This document shows, piece by piece, positions 20,233 to 29,873 of a stretch of DNA of 64,000 nucleotides (position 1 is its first letter; each line of letters begins with the position of its first letter). Made by a program: the position numbers and the translations under genes. The notes under the pieces were generated by a model that did no database searches, was not told the origin of the DNA, and saw only the letters and a list, made by a program, of their open reading frames with translations. Source of the stretch: an uncultured Gemmatimonadaceae bacterium (GTDB taxonomy: Bacteria; Gemmatimonadota; Gemmatimonadetes; Gemmatimonadales; Gemmatimonadaceae); contig CAWBOC010000009.1 of NCBI GenBank assembly GCA_963790305.1, positions 640,001-704,000 on the forward strand, written 5' to 3'.

Positions 20233-21504
20233 ATGGTCTCAGATCACAAACGGGTGCTCGATGAGCTCGCGTGGCGCGGGCTCCTCTTTCAGTACACCGA
20301 AGGACTCGGGGAGTCCCTCACCTCGGGGCCTGTCACGGCCTACTGCGGCTTCGATCCGAGCGCGCCAAGCCTGCACGTTGGAAATCTCGTTCCCGTCATG
20401 GGACTCGTGCACCTTCAGCGCGGCGGTCACCGCCCGATCGCTCTCGTCGGCGCGGGCACCGGGATGATCGGTGATCCGAGCGGGAAGCGCACGGAACGGC
20501 TGTTGATGACGCCGGAGATGGTCGAAGCGAATGCGGCGAAGATTCACGAGCAGCTCGAACGATTCCTGGACTTCACTGGACCGGCGGCGGCCCGTATGCG
20601 GAACAACGCGGACTGGCTGCTTCCGCTGACGGCGATCGGGTTCATGCGCGACGTTGGGAAGCACTTCACCGTGAACTACATGATGCAGAAGGAGTCGGTG
20701 AAGGCGCGTCTCGAAGAAGGCATCTCGTACACGGAGTTTTCGTACATGCTGCTTCAGGCGTATGACTACCTGGAGCTGCATCGACGTGAAGGGTGCACGC
20801 TGCAGGTGGGCGGAAGCGATCAATGGGGGAACATCACGGCGGGAATGGAGCTGATCCGCAAGGTCGTCGGCGCCGAGGCGCATGCGCTGACGTACCCGCT
20901 GCTCGCTACCGCGTCGGGTACGAAGTTCGGCAAGACTGAGGCTGGCGCCGTCTGGCTCGATACCGAGCTGACCTCGCCATACAAGTTCTTCCAGTTCTGG
21001 ATCAACGCCGACGATCGGGACGTGGGGAGGTTCCTGCGTTTCTTCACGCTGCTCCCCAGAGAGACGATCGAGGAGCTGGATCGTGAGACGGCCGAGCACG
21101 CCGAGCATCGCGCGGCGCAGTACGCTCTGGCGCAAGAGGTTACGGCGCGCGTCCACGGAGAGGAGGCAGCGCGAATCGCCGGTGAAGTCTCGGCGCTGCT
21201 GTTCGGGAAGGGTGATCCCAAGGCGCTTTCGCTCAAGGCGCTCGAGGCGCTCGCCAACGAGGTGCCCTTCGTGCGGGTTTCTTCCGACGGGCAGGGCATC
21301 GACGTGCTCGAGCTCTTCGCGAGCGCGAAGCTCGTGGCGTCGAAGGGGGCGGCGCGGCGTCTCCTCGAGCAGGGCGGGCTCTACGTGAACGGCGATCGCC
21401 TCTCTGCCGAGGACAAGACGCTCGGGCGCGAATGGATGCTGCCCGGCGGACACCTGCTGATCCGGAAAGGCGCGCGCGAATACGCGCTGGTCAAGCTGGA
21501 CTGA
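20233..21504 (+). CDS. tyrS: Tyrosine--tRNA ligase
   Basis: [24 protein letters not shown] and KFGKT motifs; C-terminal S4 domain. Confidence 0.97.
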   Translation: MVSDHKRVLDELAWRGLLFQYTEGLGESLTSGPVTAYCGFDPSAPSLHVGNLVPVMGLVHLQRGGHRPIALVGAGTGMIGDPSGKRTERLLMTPEMVEANAAKIHEQLERFLDFTGPAAARMRNNADWLLPLTAIGFMRDVGKHFTVNYMMQKESVKARLEEGISYTEFSYMLLQAYDYLELHRREGCTLQVGGSDQWGNITAGMELIRKVVGAEAHALTYPLLATASGTKFGKTEAGAVWLDTELTSPYKFFQFWINADDRDVGRFLRFFTLLPRETIEELDRETAEHAEHRAAQYALAQEVTARVHGEEAARIAGEVSALLFGKGDPKALSLKALEALANEVPFVRVSSDGQGIDVLELFASAKLVASKGAARRLLEQGGLYVNGDRLSAEDKTLGREWMLPGGHLLIRKGAREYALVKLD

Positions 21505-21507
21505 GGG

Positions 21508-22669
21508 TCACACTTCGCGCACGAGCAGGGCCAGTGCGCGCTCGATCTCATCGCGCGTGGTGTAGAGGTGCGGCGAGAGACGTATGGCACCCTCGCGCAG
21601 AGCGCAGACGATTCCGGCGCGCGCGAGCTGCTCGCTGACGCGCTCGCCATTTTTCACCCGCACGGTGACGATGCCGGCACGCCGCCGAGGCTCGGCGGGG
21701 GTGATGACAATTGCTCCGGCGTCACGCAACCGCGACATCATCGCGTCGACCAGGGAGCTCACATGCGCGGCAATGCGCGTGACGCTGACATCGAGCAGCA
21801 ATTCTACGCTCGCGCAGAAGGCGGCCAGATCCTGATAGGGGAGCGTGCCGACCTCGAAGCGGCGAGCGTCGTCGTACCAGACAAGATCGTAGTCGACGAG
21901 GCGATTGAAGTCGTGCGACCCGCGCACGGCCATCCATCCGATCTCGCGTGGCTCGAGCTGTTGGACGAGATCGCGCCGGATGTAGGTGAAACCTGTTCCC
22001 CAGGGCGACAGCAGCCACTTCTGCCCGCCGCAGGCCAGGATGTCGATCTTGCAGGCGGGTGCATTCGAGCTCACGCGCGCCAACGCCCTGAATGGCATCG
22101 ACGACGAAGTAGATACCACGCTCGCGGCACGCGCGGCCAATACGCTCGAGATCGACCGTGTAGCCGCTCGCGAACGAGACCCAGGATAACGTGAGGACCT
22201 TCACGCGTGGGCGATCAAGGGCCTCGACGATCCGCTCCTCGTGAGGCAGCCCGGTCGGTGTGCAGCGAATCTGCTCGAAGGTGACGCCTTCGCGCGCAAG
22301 CGCCATCCAGGGATAGACGTTGGCGGGAAATTCCCGATCGGAGGACACGACGATGTCGCCCGAGCGAAGGGGCAGGCAGCGCGCGGCGATGTTGAGCCCG
22401 TGGGAGGTGTTCGTCGTGAGGGCAATCTCCCCCGCCGCGGCGCCAACCAGCCGCGCGGCGAGCGCCCGCGCACGATCCATGACCTCGAACTCCATTTCGT
22501 CGCTTATGCGCCAGGGCTCGCCGCGTAAGTCGTTCCAGGAGGCGAGAGCCGCTCGCGCCCGCATCGGCAGCGGACCGGTGGACGCGTGATTGAGATAGAT
22601 GCGATCCCCGCGTGCCGTCCACGGGAACTCGACGCGTCGTAAGGCTTCCAGATCGTAAGGTTCAGTCAC
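21508..22669 (-). CDS. Class V PLP aminotransferase (cysteine desulfurase/CefD-like); frameshift near 22075
   Basis: YLNHASTGP, NTSHG and VDAIQGVG in one frame; GGQKWLLSPWG and RLSPHLY in another. Confidence 0.85.
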
Positions 22670-22703
22670 GCTTGACGTAAGGCTGGGTGCGAGCAGTAGG
22701 TCC

Positions 22704-23540
22704 CTAAACGGTTCGCGGATCCAACGCATCGCGCAATGCATCGCCCAGCAGGTTGAAGCCGAGGACGGTGACGCCGATCGCGAGGCCGGGAAAGAGGGAG
22801 GTCCAGGGCGAGGATCGCAGCTGGCTCAGGTCGCGCCCGTCAGCGATCATCGCGCCCCAGCTTGGCGTCGGGGGCTGAACGCCGAGGCCGAGGAACGAGA
22901 GCGCCGCTTCCGCCATGATCGCGCCGGCCATCCCCAGCGTCGTCGCGATCACCACCGGGGCGATCACGTTCGGAAGGACGTGGCGTGCGATGATGCGGCG
23001 GTCCGACGTCCCGAGTGCGCGCGCAGCGTGGACGTACTCGAGCTGCCTGACGACGAGCACCTGGCCGCGCACCAGCCGCGCCATGCCCGCCCAACCAACG
23101 ATGCCGACCGTCACGAATACCACGATCAAGGATGGCTGCAGCGCGGCGACCATCGCGATGAGGAGCAGCAGCGTCGGAAACGCCAGCGTGACATCGGCGA
23201 GCCGCATGACCAGGTCATCGATCCATCGGCCGAAGTAGCCGGCGATGAGCCCGAGCGTCAGCCCAATGGCGAGCGCGATACTCTGAGAAATCAGGCCGAC
23301 GGCGAGGGAAATCCGGGCTCCGTACACGAGGCGCGCCCACACGTCGCGCCCCTGGATGTCGGTTCCCATCCAATGCTCGGCCGACGGCGGCTGCAGCTGA
23401 CGCAAAAGGTCGACGCGAATGGGGTCGTGTCGCGCGAGGAGCGGGGCGAGAATCGCGAGGAGCAGGAGCATCGCCACCACGATCAGCCCAATGCGCGCTC
23501 GCGTATCGCGCCGCAGACGCGCCCACACCTCGGCGATCAC
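22704..23540 (-). CDS. Peptide ABC transporter permease (DppC/OppC family)
   Basis: HWMGTDIQGRDVWARLVYGARISL; EAA loop (YVHAARALG); EAALSFLGLG; GTG start overlaps the upstream stop. Confidence 0.92.
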   Translation of the reverse strand: MIAEVWARLRRDTRARIGLIVVAMLLLLAILAPLLARHDPIRVDLLRQLQPPSAEHWMGTDIQGRDVWARLVYGARISLAVGLISQSIALAIGLTLGLIAGYFGRWIDDLVMRLADVTLAFPTLLLLIAMVAALQPSLIVVFVTVGIVGWAGMARLVRGQVLVVRQLEYVHAARALGTSDRRIIARHVLPNVIAPVVIATTLGMAGAIMAEAALSFLGLGVQPPTPSWGAMIADGRDLSQLRSSPWTSLFPGLAIGVTVLGFNLLGDALRDALDPRTV

Positions 23541-24049
23541 GACGCGGTCACCACCGCGCGTCCGCAGACGCGGACGAGCATGCACCGGGCGCATCGGCGC
23601 GGATCGTGATGATTCGGCGGCACGTCAGCGGCCGTCAGGTCGGCGCGCATGTTGGCGATCGTGCGCAGCAGCTCTCCTCGCACTCGGTCGGTGAAGTCGA
23701 TACGGAAGGTACGGTTCGCGTATCGGAGATAGCCATACCCGGCGAAGCGCGGCTCCGTTTCCTCCAGCAGCAAACAATACGCGGCGAGCTGCACGACGTC
23801 GCGCAGCCAGGGGGAATCGCTCTCGCGCGTCGGCTTGAGCTCGACCGGGGCGATCCGCCCCTGCTCCTCCACCAGATAATCAGGCTTGCCGGCGATGCCG
23901 TGACGTGGCGAGCGGAGCACGCGCGACGGACGCGAGACGACGGAATCGCTCGCGACCACGCGTCCGCGCAGCCCGGAGCGCCGGAGCAGCATCACGCTCA
24001 GGATCCCCAGCACGATCGCGACCGCTACGACCGCGAGCACGATCATCAT
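23537..24049 (-). CDS. Cas4-like PD-(D/E)XK nuclease, C-terminal half, with an N-terminal TM anchor
   Basis: GKPDY (motif II), VELK (motif III), QLAAY and C-terminal CARC-x5-C; hydrophobic N-terminus; ATG 24049 overlaps the upstream TGA. Confidence 0.8.
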   Translation of the reverse strand: MMIVLAVVAVAIVLGILSVMLLRRSGLRGRVVASDSVVSRPSRVLRSPRHGIAGKPDYLVEEQGRIAPVELKPTRESDSPWLRDVVQLAAYCLLLEETEPRFAGYGYLRYANRTFRIDFTDRVRGELLRTIANMRADLTAADVPPNHHDPRRCARCMLVRVCGRAVVTAS

Positions 24050-24306
24050 CGCCAGGTGCTCCATGCCAGCGCCGCGAGTGCCCCCGCCACGAGAAGCGCG
24101 GCAAGCCACCCTAACGCGCGTGCCCACCACAGCGACCACGCGTGCCGCCAATGCGCGGCGTGGCCCGCGCTGAAGCGCTTTCCTTCCGTGTCCGTTGTCA
24201 CACCCCGGACCGCGCGCAACCACCATGCGCGGCGACAATACGCGTACTCGCCCAGCTCCGAAGCCGAGATGAAGCGATCGGGCCTCGGTTCTGGTGCCGC
24301 GTTCAT
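24046..24306 (-). CDS. Cas4-like N-terminal module (first Fe-S cysteine and GxxxH) with a C-terminal TM helix
   Basis: ISASELGEYAYCRRAWWL and GHAAH match the Cas4 N-terminus; ATGA overlaps on both sides. Confidence 0.72.
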   Translation of the reverse strand: MNAAPEPRPDRFISASELGEYAYCRRAWWLRAVRGVTTDTEGKRFSAGHAAHWRHAWSLWWARALGWLAALLVAGALAALAWSTWR

Positions 24307-25232
24307 GCCGCGGGATCGCGAAGCTCGGCGGGCGTATCGGAGGGCTGGTGCTTCCAGCGCCGATGCTGCCAGAAGTACTGCTCGGGCGTCTTGCGGACCA
24401 AGCCTTCGAGGATGCGCGTGTACGAGGCCACGATGCCATCAATGTCGCTCTCGCGGTCCCCCGTCTCCTCGTAGGGCACATCCTCGAACGAGAGATGGAA
24501 GCGGCCGTCGGGCTCGCGGACGGCCGAGACGAACAGCGTCGGTGCGTGGTAGCGGAGGGTGAACACCGCGGGCCCGCGCGGCGTTTTCGCCGGGCGTCCG
24601 AAGAACGGCACGTGCGTCGACGCGAGATTGAGCACGCCCTGGTCGGCGAGAAACCCGATCGCGCGTCCCTCCTTGAGCGATCGCGTCGTTCGTCGCACGG
24701 CTTCGGCATCGTAGACGACCGTCATGCCGAGGTCGGCGCGCGTCTGGTTGAGGTAGCGATCGAAGATCGGGTTGGACATGCGTCGCACGATGACGTCGAC
24801 GGGAACCCCTCGCGCGGCAATGTACGCGCCCGAGACCTCCCAATTCCCGAAGTGACCCGCGATGAGCAACAGGCCCCGCTTCGCCTCGATCGCGCGCTCG
24901 ACGAGATCCCACCCCGTCGTCCGCGAGACGAGATCGAGAATACCCTTTCGACCGAGCGATGGCATGAGCGCCGTCTCGACGGCGAGCCGGCCGAGATGGT
25001 CGTACGAGGCGCGCGCGACCTGCGCGACGCGATCAGCGTCCCATTCGGGAAATGCGGCGGCGATCTGCCGCTCTACCACGCTTCGCCGCACGCCGAATGG
25101 TGCGTAGCCCAGGCGGCCAAGTGCGCCCCCGAGCGAGGAGGCACGTCGCCACCCAACGGCTGAGAGCGTGGCCACCGCGGCTCGCAGCCCAACGTACTCC
25201 AGCCGGTGCGCCATGCTGACGGGCCGCGTCAT
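24303..25232 (-). CDS. Lipid A biosynthesis acyltransferase (LpxL/HtrB family)
   Basis: HFGNWE, FLADQ, VPFFG and PEQYFWQHRRWK. Confidence 0.9.
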   Translation of the reverse strand: MTRPVSMAHRLEYVGLRAAVATLSAVGWRRASSLGGALGRLGYAPFGVRRSVVERQIAAAFPEWDADRVAQVARASYDHLGRLAVETALMPSLGRKGILDLVSRTTGWDLVERAIEAKRGLLLIAGHFGNWEVSGAYIAARGVPVDVIVRRMSNPIFDRYLNQTRADLGMTVVYDAEAVRRTTRSLKEGRAIGFLADQGVLNLASTHVPFFGRPAKTPRGPAVFTLRYHAPTLFVSAVREPDGRFHLSFEDVPYEETGDRESDIDGIVASYTRILEGLVRKTPEQYFWQHRRWKHQPSDTPAELRDPAA

Positions 25233-26326
25233 CTCCGCTTCCAGCGCGAGCGATCGGCCGCGGCAGCGGCGGCTTGCTCGAAGCCGTCGAGCATCGCGGC
25301 CTCGGTGAACTCTCGCGCGACGCGGGCGCGGCCCGCGGTCCCCATGGCCACGCGCTGATCATCGTGCGCCAGTAAGCGAGCCAGGGCCGCCGCGGTCCCC
25401 GGGGCGTCGTTCGCCGGCATGAGGAGTCCAGTAATCCCATCAGCGACATACGTCCCCGCCAGCGGCCCACGCTCGGCGAGCACGGGCACTCGCATCGCCA
25501 TGAAGTCCAGACAGGCGAATGCGGCGGCGTCACCAGTCGCCACGACCCACCCGAGGTCCGCGGCGCGGAGCACCGCCAGATAATCCTCACGCTCGCCCGC
25601 GAACGTCACGATCTTCGTTAGGCCCAGCGCGGCGGCATGCATGCGAAGATCCTCGTCGTCGGAGCCGGGGCCGACGAGGGTGAGGCGGAGGTTGGGGTGA
25701 TTCGGCGCGAGGAGCGATACGGCGCGGACCATCGTGGCCGCGCGGGCACGGGCGCCGTGGTCGCACACGCCGACCACCAGGGCGGTGGAGTCGTCCGCGT
25801 CGAGGGATGAACGAGGTACCGGGCGGATCGCGTCGTAGGTCTCGACGTCGACGCCTAACGGTGCCGCCGCGGGCTCGAAGCGCAGGCGCTTGAGCACCGG
25901 AAGGTCGCGGAGGTCCTCCTCGCTGCCGACCAGCACGCCCGCGGCGGCAAGGCGCGACCCGAACCCTCGCTCGGTCACCTCAGCGGCGGTGCCCGAGGGA
26001 ACGCGACGGATGACGGCGGCGCGGCCGGCAAGGAAGGTCGCCAGCAATGCGACCTTGTGCTCGCGCGGCGTGTGGACGAAGACGACCTCGGTGAAGCGCC
26101 CCTTCAGCGCCCGGCGAAGGCGAAGGGCAGACAGCCCCCACCAGCCATCGGGCCGAATGGGCACGACCTCGTGGCCGGACGCGGCCACCTTCTGCTCGAC
26201 CGTGCTCTCGGGGCTGCAGACGTAGGTGATCTGATGTCCGCGCGCGTGCAGCCCGCGCGCGGCGGCGGCGAATGCCCGCGCCTCCCCGGACCACGCTCGT
26301 GCCGAGTAGTAGAACAGGAGGCGCAC
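25229..26326 (-). CDS. Glycosyltransferase family 4 (GT-B)
   Basis: GT4-like N-terminus; FAGERED; DGITGLLMP; GRARVAREF. Confidence 0.78.
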   Translation of the reverse strand: MRLLFYYSARAWSGEARAFAAAARGLHARGHQITYVCSPESTVEQKVAASGHEVVPIRPDGWWGLSALRLRRALKGRFTEVVFVHTPREHKVALLATFLAGRAAVIRRVPSGTAAEVTERGFGSRLAAAGVLVGSEEDLRDLPVLKRLRFEPAAAPLGVDVETYDAIRPVPRSSLDADDSTALVVGVCDHGARARAATMVRAVSLLAPNHPNLRLTLVGPGSDDEDLRMHAAALGLTKIVTFAGEREDYLAVLRAADLGWVVATGDAAAFACLDFMAMRVPVLAERGPLAGTYVADGITGLLMPANDAPGTAAALARLLAHDDQRVAMGTAGRARVAREFTEAAMLDGFEQAAAAAADRSRWKRR

Positions 26327-26339
26327 TAGGCGAGCGATT

Positions 26340-28181
26340 TCACGTCAGGATTTCTTCGCGCTTCGCTTTGCCTTCATCCCGGAACTGCAGCTGATACAGA
26401 CGGGCGTAGGCGCCGGCCGCCGCCAACAGATCGCGATGCGACCCGCGCTCCACGACCCGTCCGCGGTCGAGCACGAGGATCTGCGTCGCATGCTGGATCG
26501 TCGAAAGGCGGTGCGCGATGACGAACACCGTGCGGCCCTCCAGCAGGCGATCGATCGCCTCCTGGACGAGGCGCTCCGACTCGGTATCGAGCGCCGACGT
26601 GGCTTCGTCGAGAATGAGAATCGGCGGATCGATCAGAAGTGCGCGGGCGATCGCGATGCGCTGCCGTTGCCCGCCGGAAAGCCGTGCGCCACGCTCGCCC
26701 AGCAGCGTGTCGTAGCCCTGCGGAAGCTCGGTGATGAATCCGTGCGCGTTCGCGGCGCGCGCCGCCGCCTCGATCTGTGCCTCGGTGAAGCGGTCACTCA
26801 TCCCGTAGGCGACGTTGCTGCGCACGGTATCGTTGAAGATGACCGTCTCCTGACTGACGATGCCCATGAGACTGCGCAGCGATGGGAGACGAATCTCGCG
26901 CGTGTCAATGCCATCGATGGTGATACGTCCCGACGTCGGCTCGTAGAAACGCGGGATGAGATCGGCAAGCGTGCTCTTCCCCGCCCCGCTCGGGCCGACC
27001 AGGGCGATCACATCGCCCTTGCGCGCGCCGAACGACACGTTCGCGAGCACCGGCTCCGCCTCGTACGCGAAGGACACGTCGTCGAAGACGATCTCACGCT
27101 CGAAACGCTCAATGGTGCGCGTGCCGCTGTCGGCTTCGATCTCGGTCGGGACGTCCAGTACCTCGAAGAGCCGATCGGCGGCGGCGAGTGACGACTGCGC
27201 AGCCGTCGGCAACTGCGACAGCGCCTTGAGCGGCGCGAGCATGCGCATCACGAGCGTCAGAAAAACGAGGAACGCCGAGGCTTGCAGCACCCGCGCATCC
27301 AGAACCAGCGTCGCGCCGTACCAGAGGAGAAGCACGGTGATCGCCGTCGCCATCGTCTCGGTGATCGGCTGCGCCAGCAGCGCAAGCCGCGACGTGCGCA
27401 CGAGGCCCTTCGAGTATCGATGGCTGGCGTCGACGAACTTGCTTTCCTCGTGACCTTCGGCGCTGAACGACTTGACGAGGCGAATGCCGCTGACGCTTTC
27501 CTGGAGCACGCTCATCATCTCGCCGTGGTCGTCATGCAGCCGGCGATACCGCTTGCGAAGGCGCGAGAGCAGCGGACGCAGCGCGAGAATCAGCGCGGGA
27601 GCGAGCACGAGCGCGATGAAGGTGAGGCGCCGCGAGATCCCCCAGAGATACGCGATGTAAATGAGAACGACGGCAGCGCTCTGGATTGCCGACGTGACGA
27701 TCTGCGTGATGAGCTGCTTCGTCTGCGCCGTGTCGGAGAGCACGCGCGAGAGGATCTGGCCGGTCTTGTTGCGCGTGAACCAGCCGATCGGCAGGCGCTG
27801 GAGGTGGCGATAGACGGCGTCGCGGAGGTCGCGCGTGACGTACTCCTGTAGCTGCACCCCGAGCTGACCGGCGAACCAGACGAAGAAGTTCTTGAGCGCG
27901 ATCGTCACCATGAGGATGACGATGACGTTGCGCAGGGAGTCCATCGGGTTGGCTGGATCGACCAGATCCCCGATGACGCGACGCAGAAAGGTCGTGACCC
28001 AGCCCCCGTCGACCGGAAGCGGATCGGTGCCGAACAGCGCGTTGAGGAACGGGATGAGCAGCGCGAACGCGAACCCATCGAGCGCCGCCGCGGTGACGCT
28101 CGACAGTACCGTCCCCACCATGCGCCACCAATGGGGGCGCAGAAAGGGTATCAGTCGGCGATAGACGTCCTCGCGCGCCAC
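26340..28181 (-). CDS. MsbA-like ABC exporter (fused permease and ATPase)
   Basis: Multiple TM helices; GPSGAGKS, LSGGQRQR, LDEATSALD and IAHRLST; adjacent to an lpxL-like gene. Confidence 0.9.
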   Translation of the reverse strand: MAREDVYRRLIPFLRPHWWRMVGTVLSSVTAAALDGFAFALLIPFLNALFGTDPLPVDGGWVTTFLRRVIGDLVDPANPMDSLRNVIVILMVTIALKNFFVWFAGQLGVQLQEYVTRDLRDAVYRHLQRLPIGWFTRNKTGQILSRVLSDTAQTKQLITQIVTSAIQSAAVVLIYIAYLWGISRRLTFIALVLAPALILALRPLLSRLRKRYRRLHDDHGEMMSVLQESVSGIRLVKSFSAEGHEESKFVDASHRYSKGLVRTSRLALLAQPITETMATAITVLLLWYGATLVLDARVLQASAFLVFLTLVMRMLAPLKALSQLPTAAQSSLAAADRLFEVLDVPTEIEADSGTRTIERFEREIVFDDVSFAYEAEPVLANVSFGARKGDVIALVGPSGAGKSTLADLIPRFYEPTSGRITIDGIDTREIRLPSLRSLMGIVSQETVIFNDTVRSNVAYGMSDRFTEAQIEAAARAANAHGFITELPQGYDTLLGERGARLSGGQRQRIAIARALLIDPPILILDEATSALDTESERLVQEAIDRLLEGRTVFVIAHRLSTIQHATQILVLDRGRVVERGSHRDLLAAAGAYARLYQLQFRDEGKAKREEILT

Positions 28182-28187
28182 GAGCGA

Positions 28188-29750
28188 CTACCGGCGCGGG
28201 GTGAGCAACGCGATGGGGAGAATCATCTCCTCCGGAGTGGCGCCGCCGTGCAGGAAAGATCCGCGGTACCGCGTCTGATACTCGCGCAGCTTGGTCGGGT
28301 AGACGAAGAAGGAGTCGCCCGTCGCCAGCAGAATGTTGCCTCCCATCCCGCGACGCGGCAGCCGGAGGTCGTCCGAGTTGGTGAACAAGAGGGCATACTC
28401 CGGACGCTCCGCGCGCAGATCCTCGCCGAACTTGTAGCGGAGGTTCGCGGTCGCATCGCGCTTCGCGAACACGGTCGCTGGCGACAGGCAGTGAATCGAG
28501 CCGTGGTCCGTCGTGAGCAACACCGGAATACGACGCCGCTGCGCCTCACGCAGCAGCGTGAACAATCCCGAGCGCTGGAACCACTGCCGCGTGATCTGCC
28601 GGAGGGCGATCTCGTCGCGCGCGACCTCGAACAGAATGGCTGATTCGCTGCGTCCGTGCGTGAGCAGGTCCACGAAGTTGAAGACGAACGCGCCGATCCC
28701 CTCGGCCGGCAGCGCACTCGGGAGCCGCCGCACGAGATCGTCGGAGTCGGCGGCGGTCGAGATCTTCTCGTAGCGCACCGGGTAGGGCTTTCCGGCCTCG
28801 GCCAGCTGCGCCTCGAGCAGCTGCCGCTCGTGCGCGTTGAGTGTTTCGTCCTCGCGGTCGCCCCACCAATCAGGGAAGCGCGCGGCGATCTCCCCCGGGA
28901 ACAGGCCGCTGAACAGCGCGTTGCGCGAGTACGGCGTGGCCGTGGGAAGAATCGAGAAGTAGTGCGTGGTCTCGACCTCGAACATCGGCGCCAGCAGCGG
29001 CATGAGGATGCGCCACTGGTCGAGTCGCAGGCAGTCGACGACGACGAACATCGCCGCGCGCTCGCGCTCGAGGATCGGCAGCAGAAACTCGCTCACGACG
29101 TCGATCGACAGCGGCGGGCGATCCCCCTCGAGATCGCGCAACCAGCGTGGATACTCGCGGCGAATGTACGCCGCGAAGTCGCGGCGCATGTTGGGATACA
29201 TCCCCTCGAGCGACTCGTGGAGCCCCATCTCCCCGATCTGCGTCAGCTCGATGCTCCAGTCGACGAGCTCGCCGTACCGCTCGATCCATCCCCGCCAATC
29301 GAGCGCGTGGTCGCGCTCGTTCTGGAGCGCGCGAAACCGCTCGACGAATTGCCGCGCCACCGCCTGCTGTCGGATCTGCGGACCTTCGAGGATGCGTGTG
29401 ACGACGGTGAGCACCTGCCGCGGATTGATCGGCTTGACGAGGTAGTCACTGACGTTGACGCCGATCGCCTCCCGCATGGTCGTGTCTTCCTCACTCTTCG
29501 TGACCATGACGATGGGGAGCGCGGGATCGACATCGCGCAGCTCACGAAAGGCTTCCATGCCGCGCTTGCCGGGCATCTGCTCGTCGAGCAGGACGAGGCC
29601 GTACGGCCGACGCCTGAGCATCTCGACGGCATCGTCGGCGTTGGTCGCCGAGTCGACGTCGTATCCTTTGTCACGCAGGAAGATCCGGTGCGACTCGAGC
29701 AGGTCCGCTTCGTCGTCCACCCAGAGAATGCTCTTCGCGGGAGGGGGCAT
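28188..29750 (-). CDS. PorX-like response regulator (receiver plus PglZ/alkaline phosphatase domain)
   Basis: ILWVDDE, LLDEQMPG, MVTKSEE; PglZ motifs VDCLRLDQW, LPTATPYSRNALF, TDHG and HGG..PEEM. Confidence 0.88.
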   Translation of the reverse strand: MPPPAKSILWVDDEADLLESHRIFLRDKGYDVDSATNADDAVEMLRRRPYGLVLLDEQMPGKRGMEAFRELRDVDPALPIVMVTKSEEDTTMREAIGVNVSDYLVKPINPRQVLTVVTRILEGPQIRQQAVARQFVERFRALQNERDHALDWRGWIERYGELVDWSIELTQIGEMGLHESLEGMYPNMRRDFAAYIRREYPRWLRDLEGDRPPLSIDVVSEFLLPILERERAAMFVVVDCLRLDQWRILMPLLAPMFEVETTHYFSILPTATPYSRNALFSGLFPGEIAARFPDWWGDREDETLNAHERQLLEAQLAEAGKPYPVRYEKISTAADSDDLVRRLPSALPAEGIGAFVFNFVDLLTHGRSESAILFEVARDEIALRQITRQWFQRSGLFTLLREAQRRRIPVLLTTDHGSIHCLSPATVFAKRDATANLRYKFGEDLRAERPEYALLFTNSDDLRLPRRGMGGNILLATGDSFFVYPTKLREYQTRYRGSFLHGGATPEEMILPIALLTPRR

Positions 29751-29791
29751 GTTTTTAATCTAACCCGCGAGGAAGAGTGCGTCGAAGAGGT

Positions 29792-29870
29792 GGTCAAGGG
29801 TGTCCAGGTCGTCGAGGTGATCGACGTGACTTTACCTTGATCACCTCGACATCCTCGACGACCTTTGACC
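29792..29870. repeat. Imperfect palindrome of ~9-mer repeats between divergent genes
   Basis: gtcgaggtgatc / gatcacctcgac core with outer ggtcaa / ttgacc. Confidence 0.65.
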
Positions 29871-29873
29871 GAA

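Noticed and set aside
28188..29750. PglZ domain as part of a BREX defence system
   Set aside because: It is fused to a receiver domain (PorX type), and no brxC, pglX or brxL genes are present.
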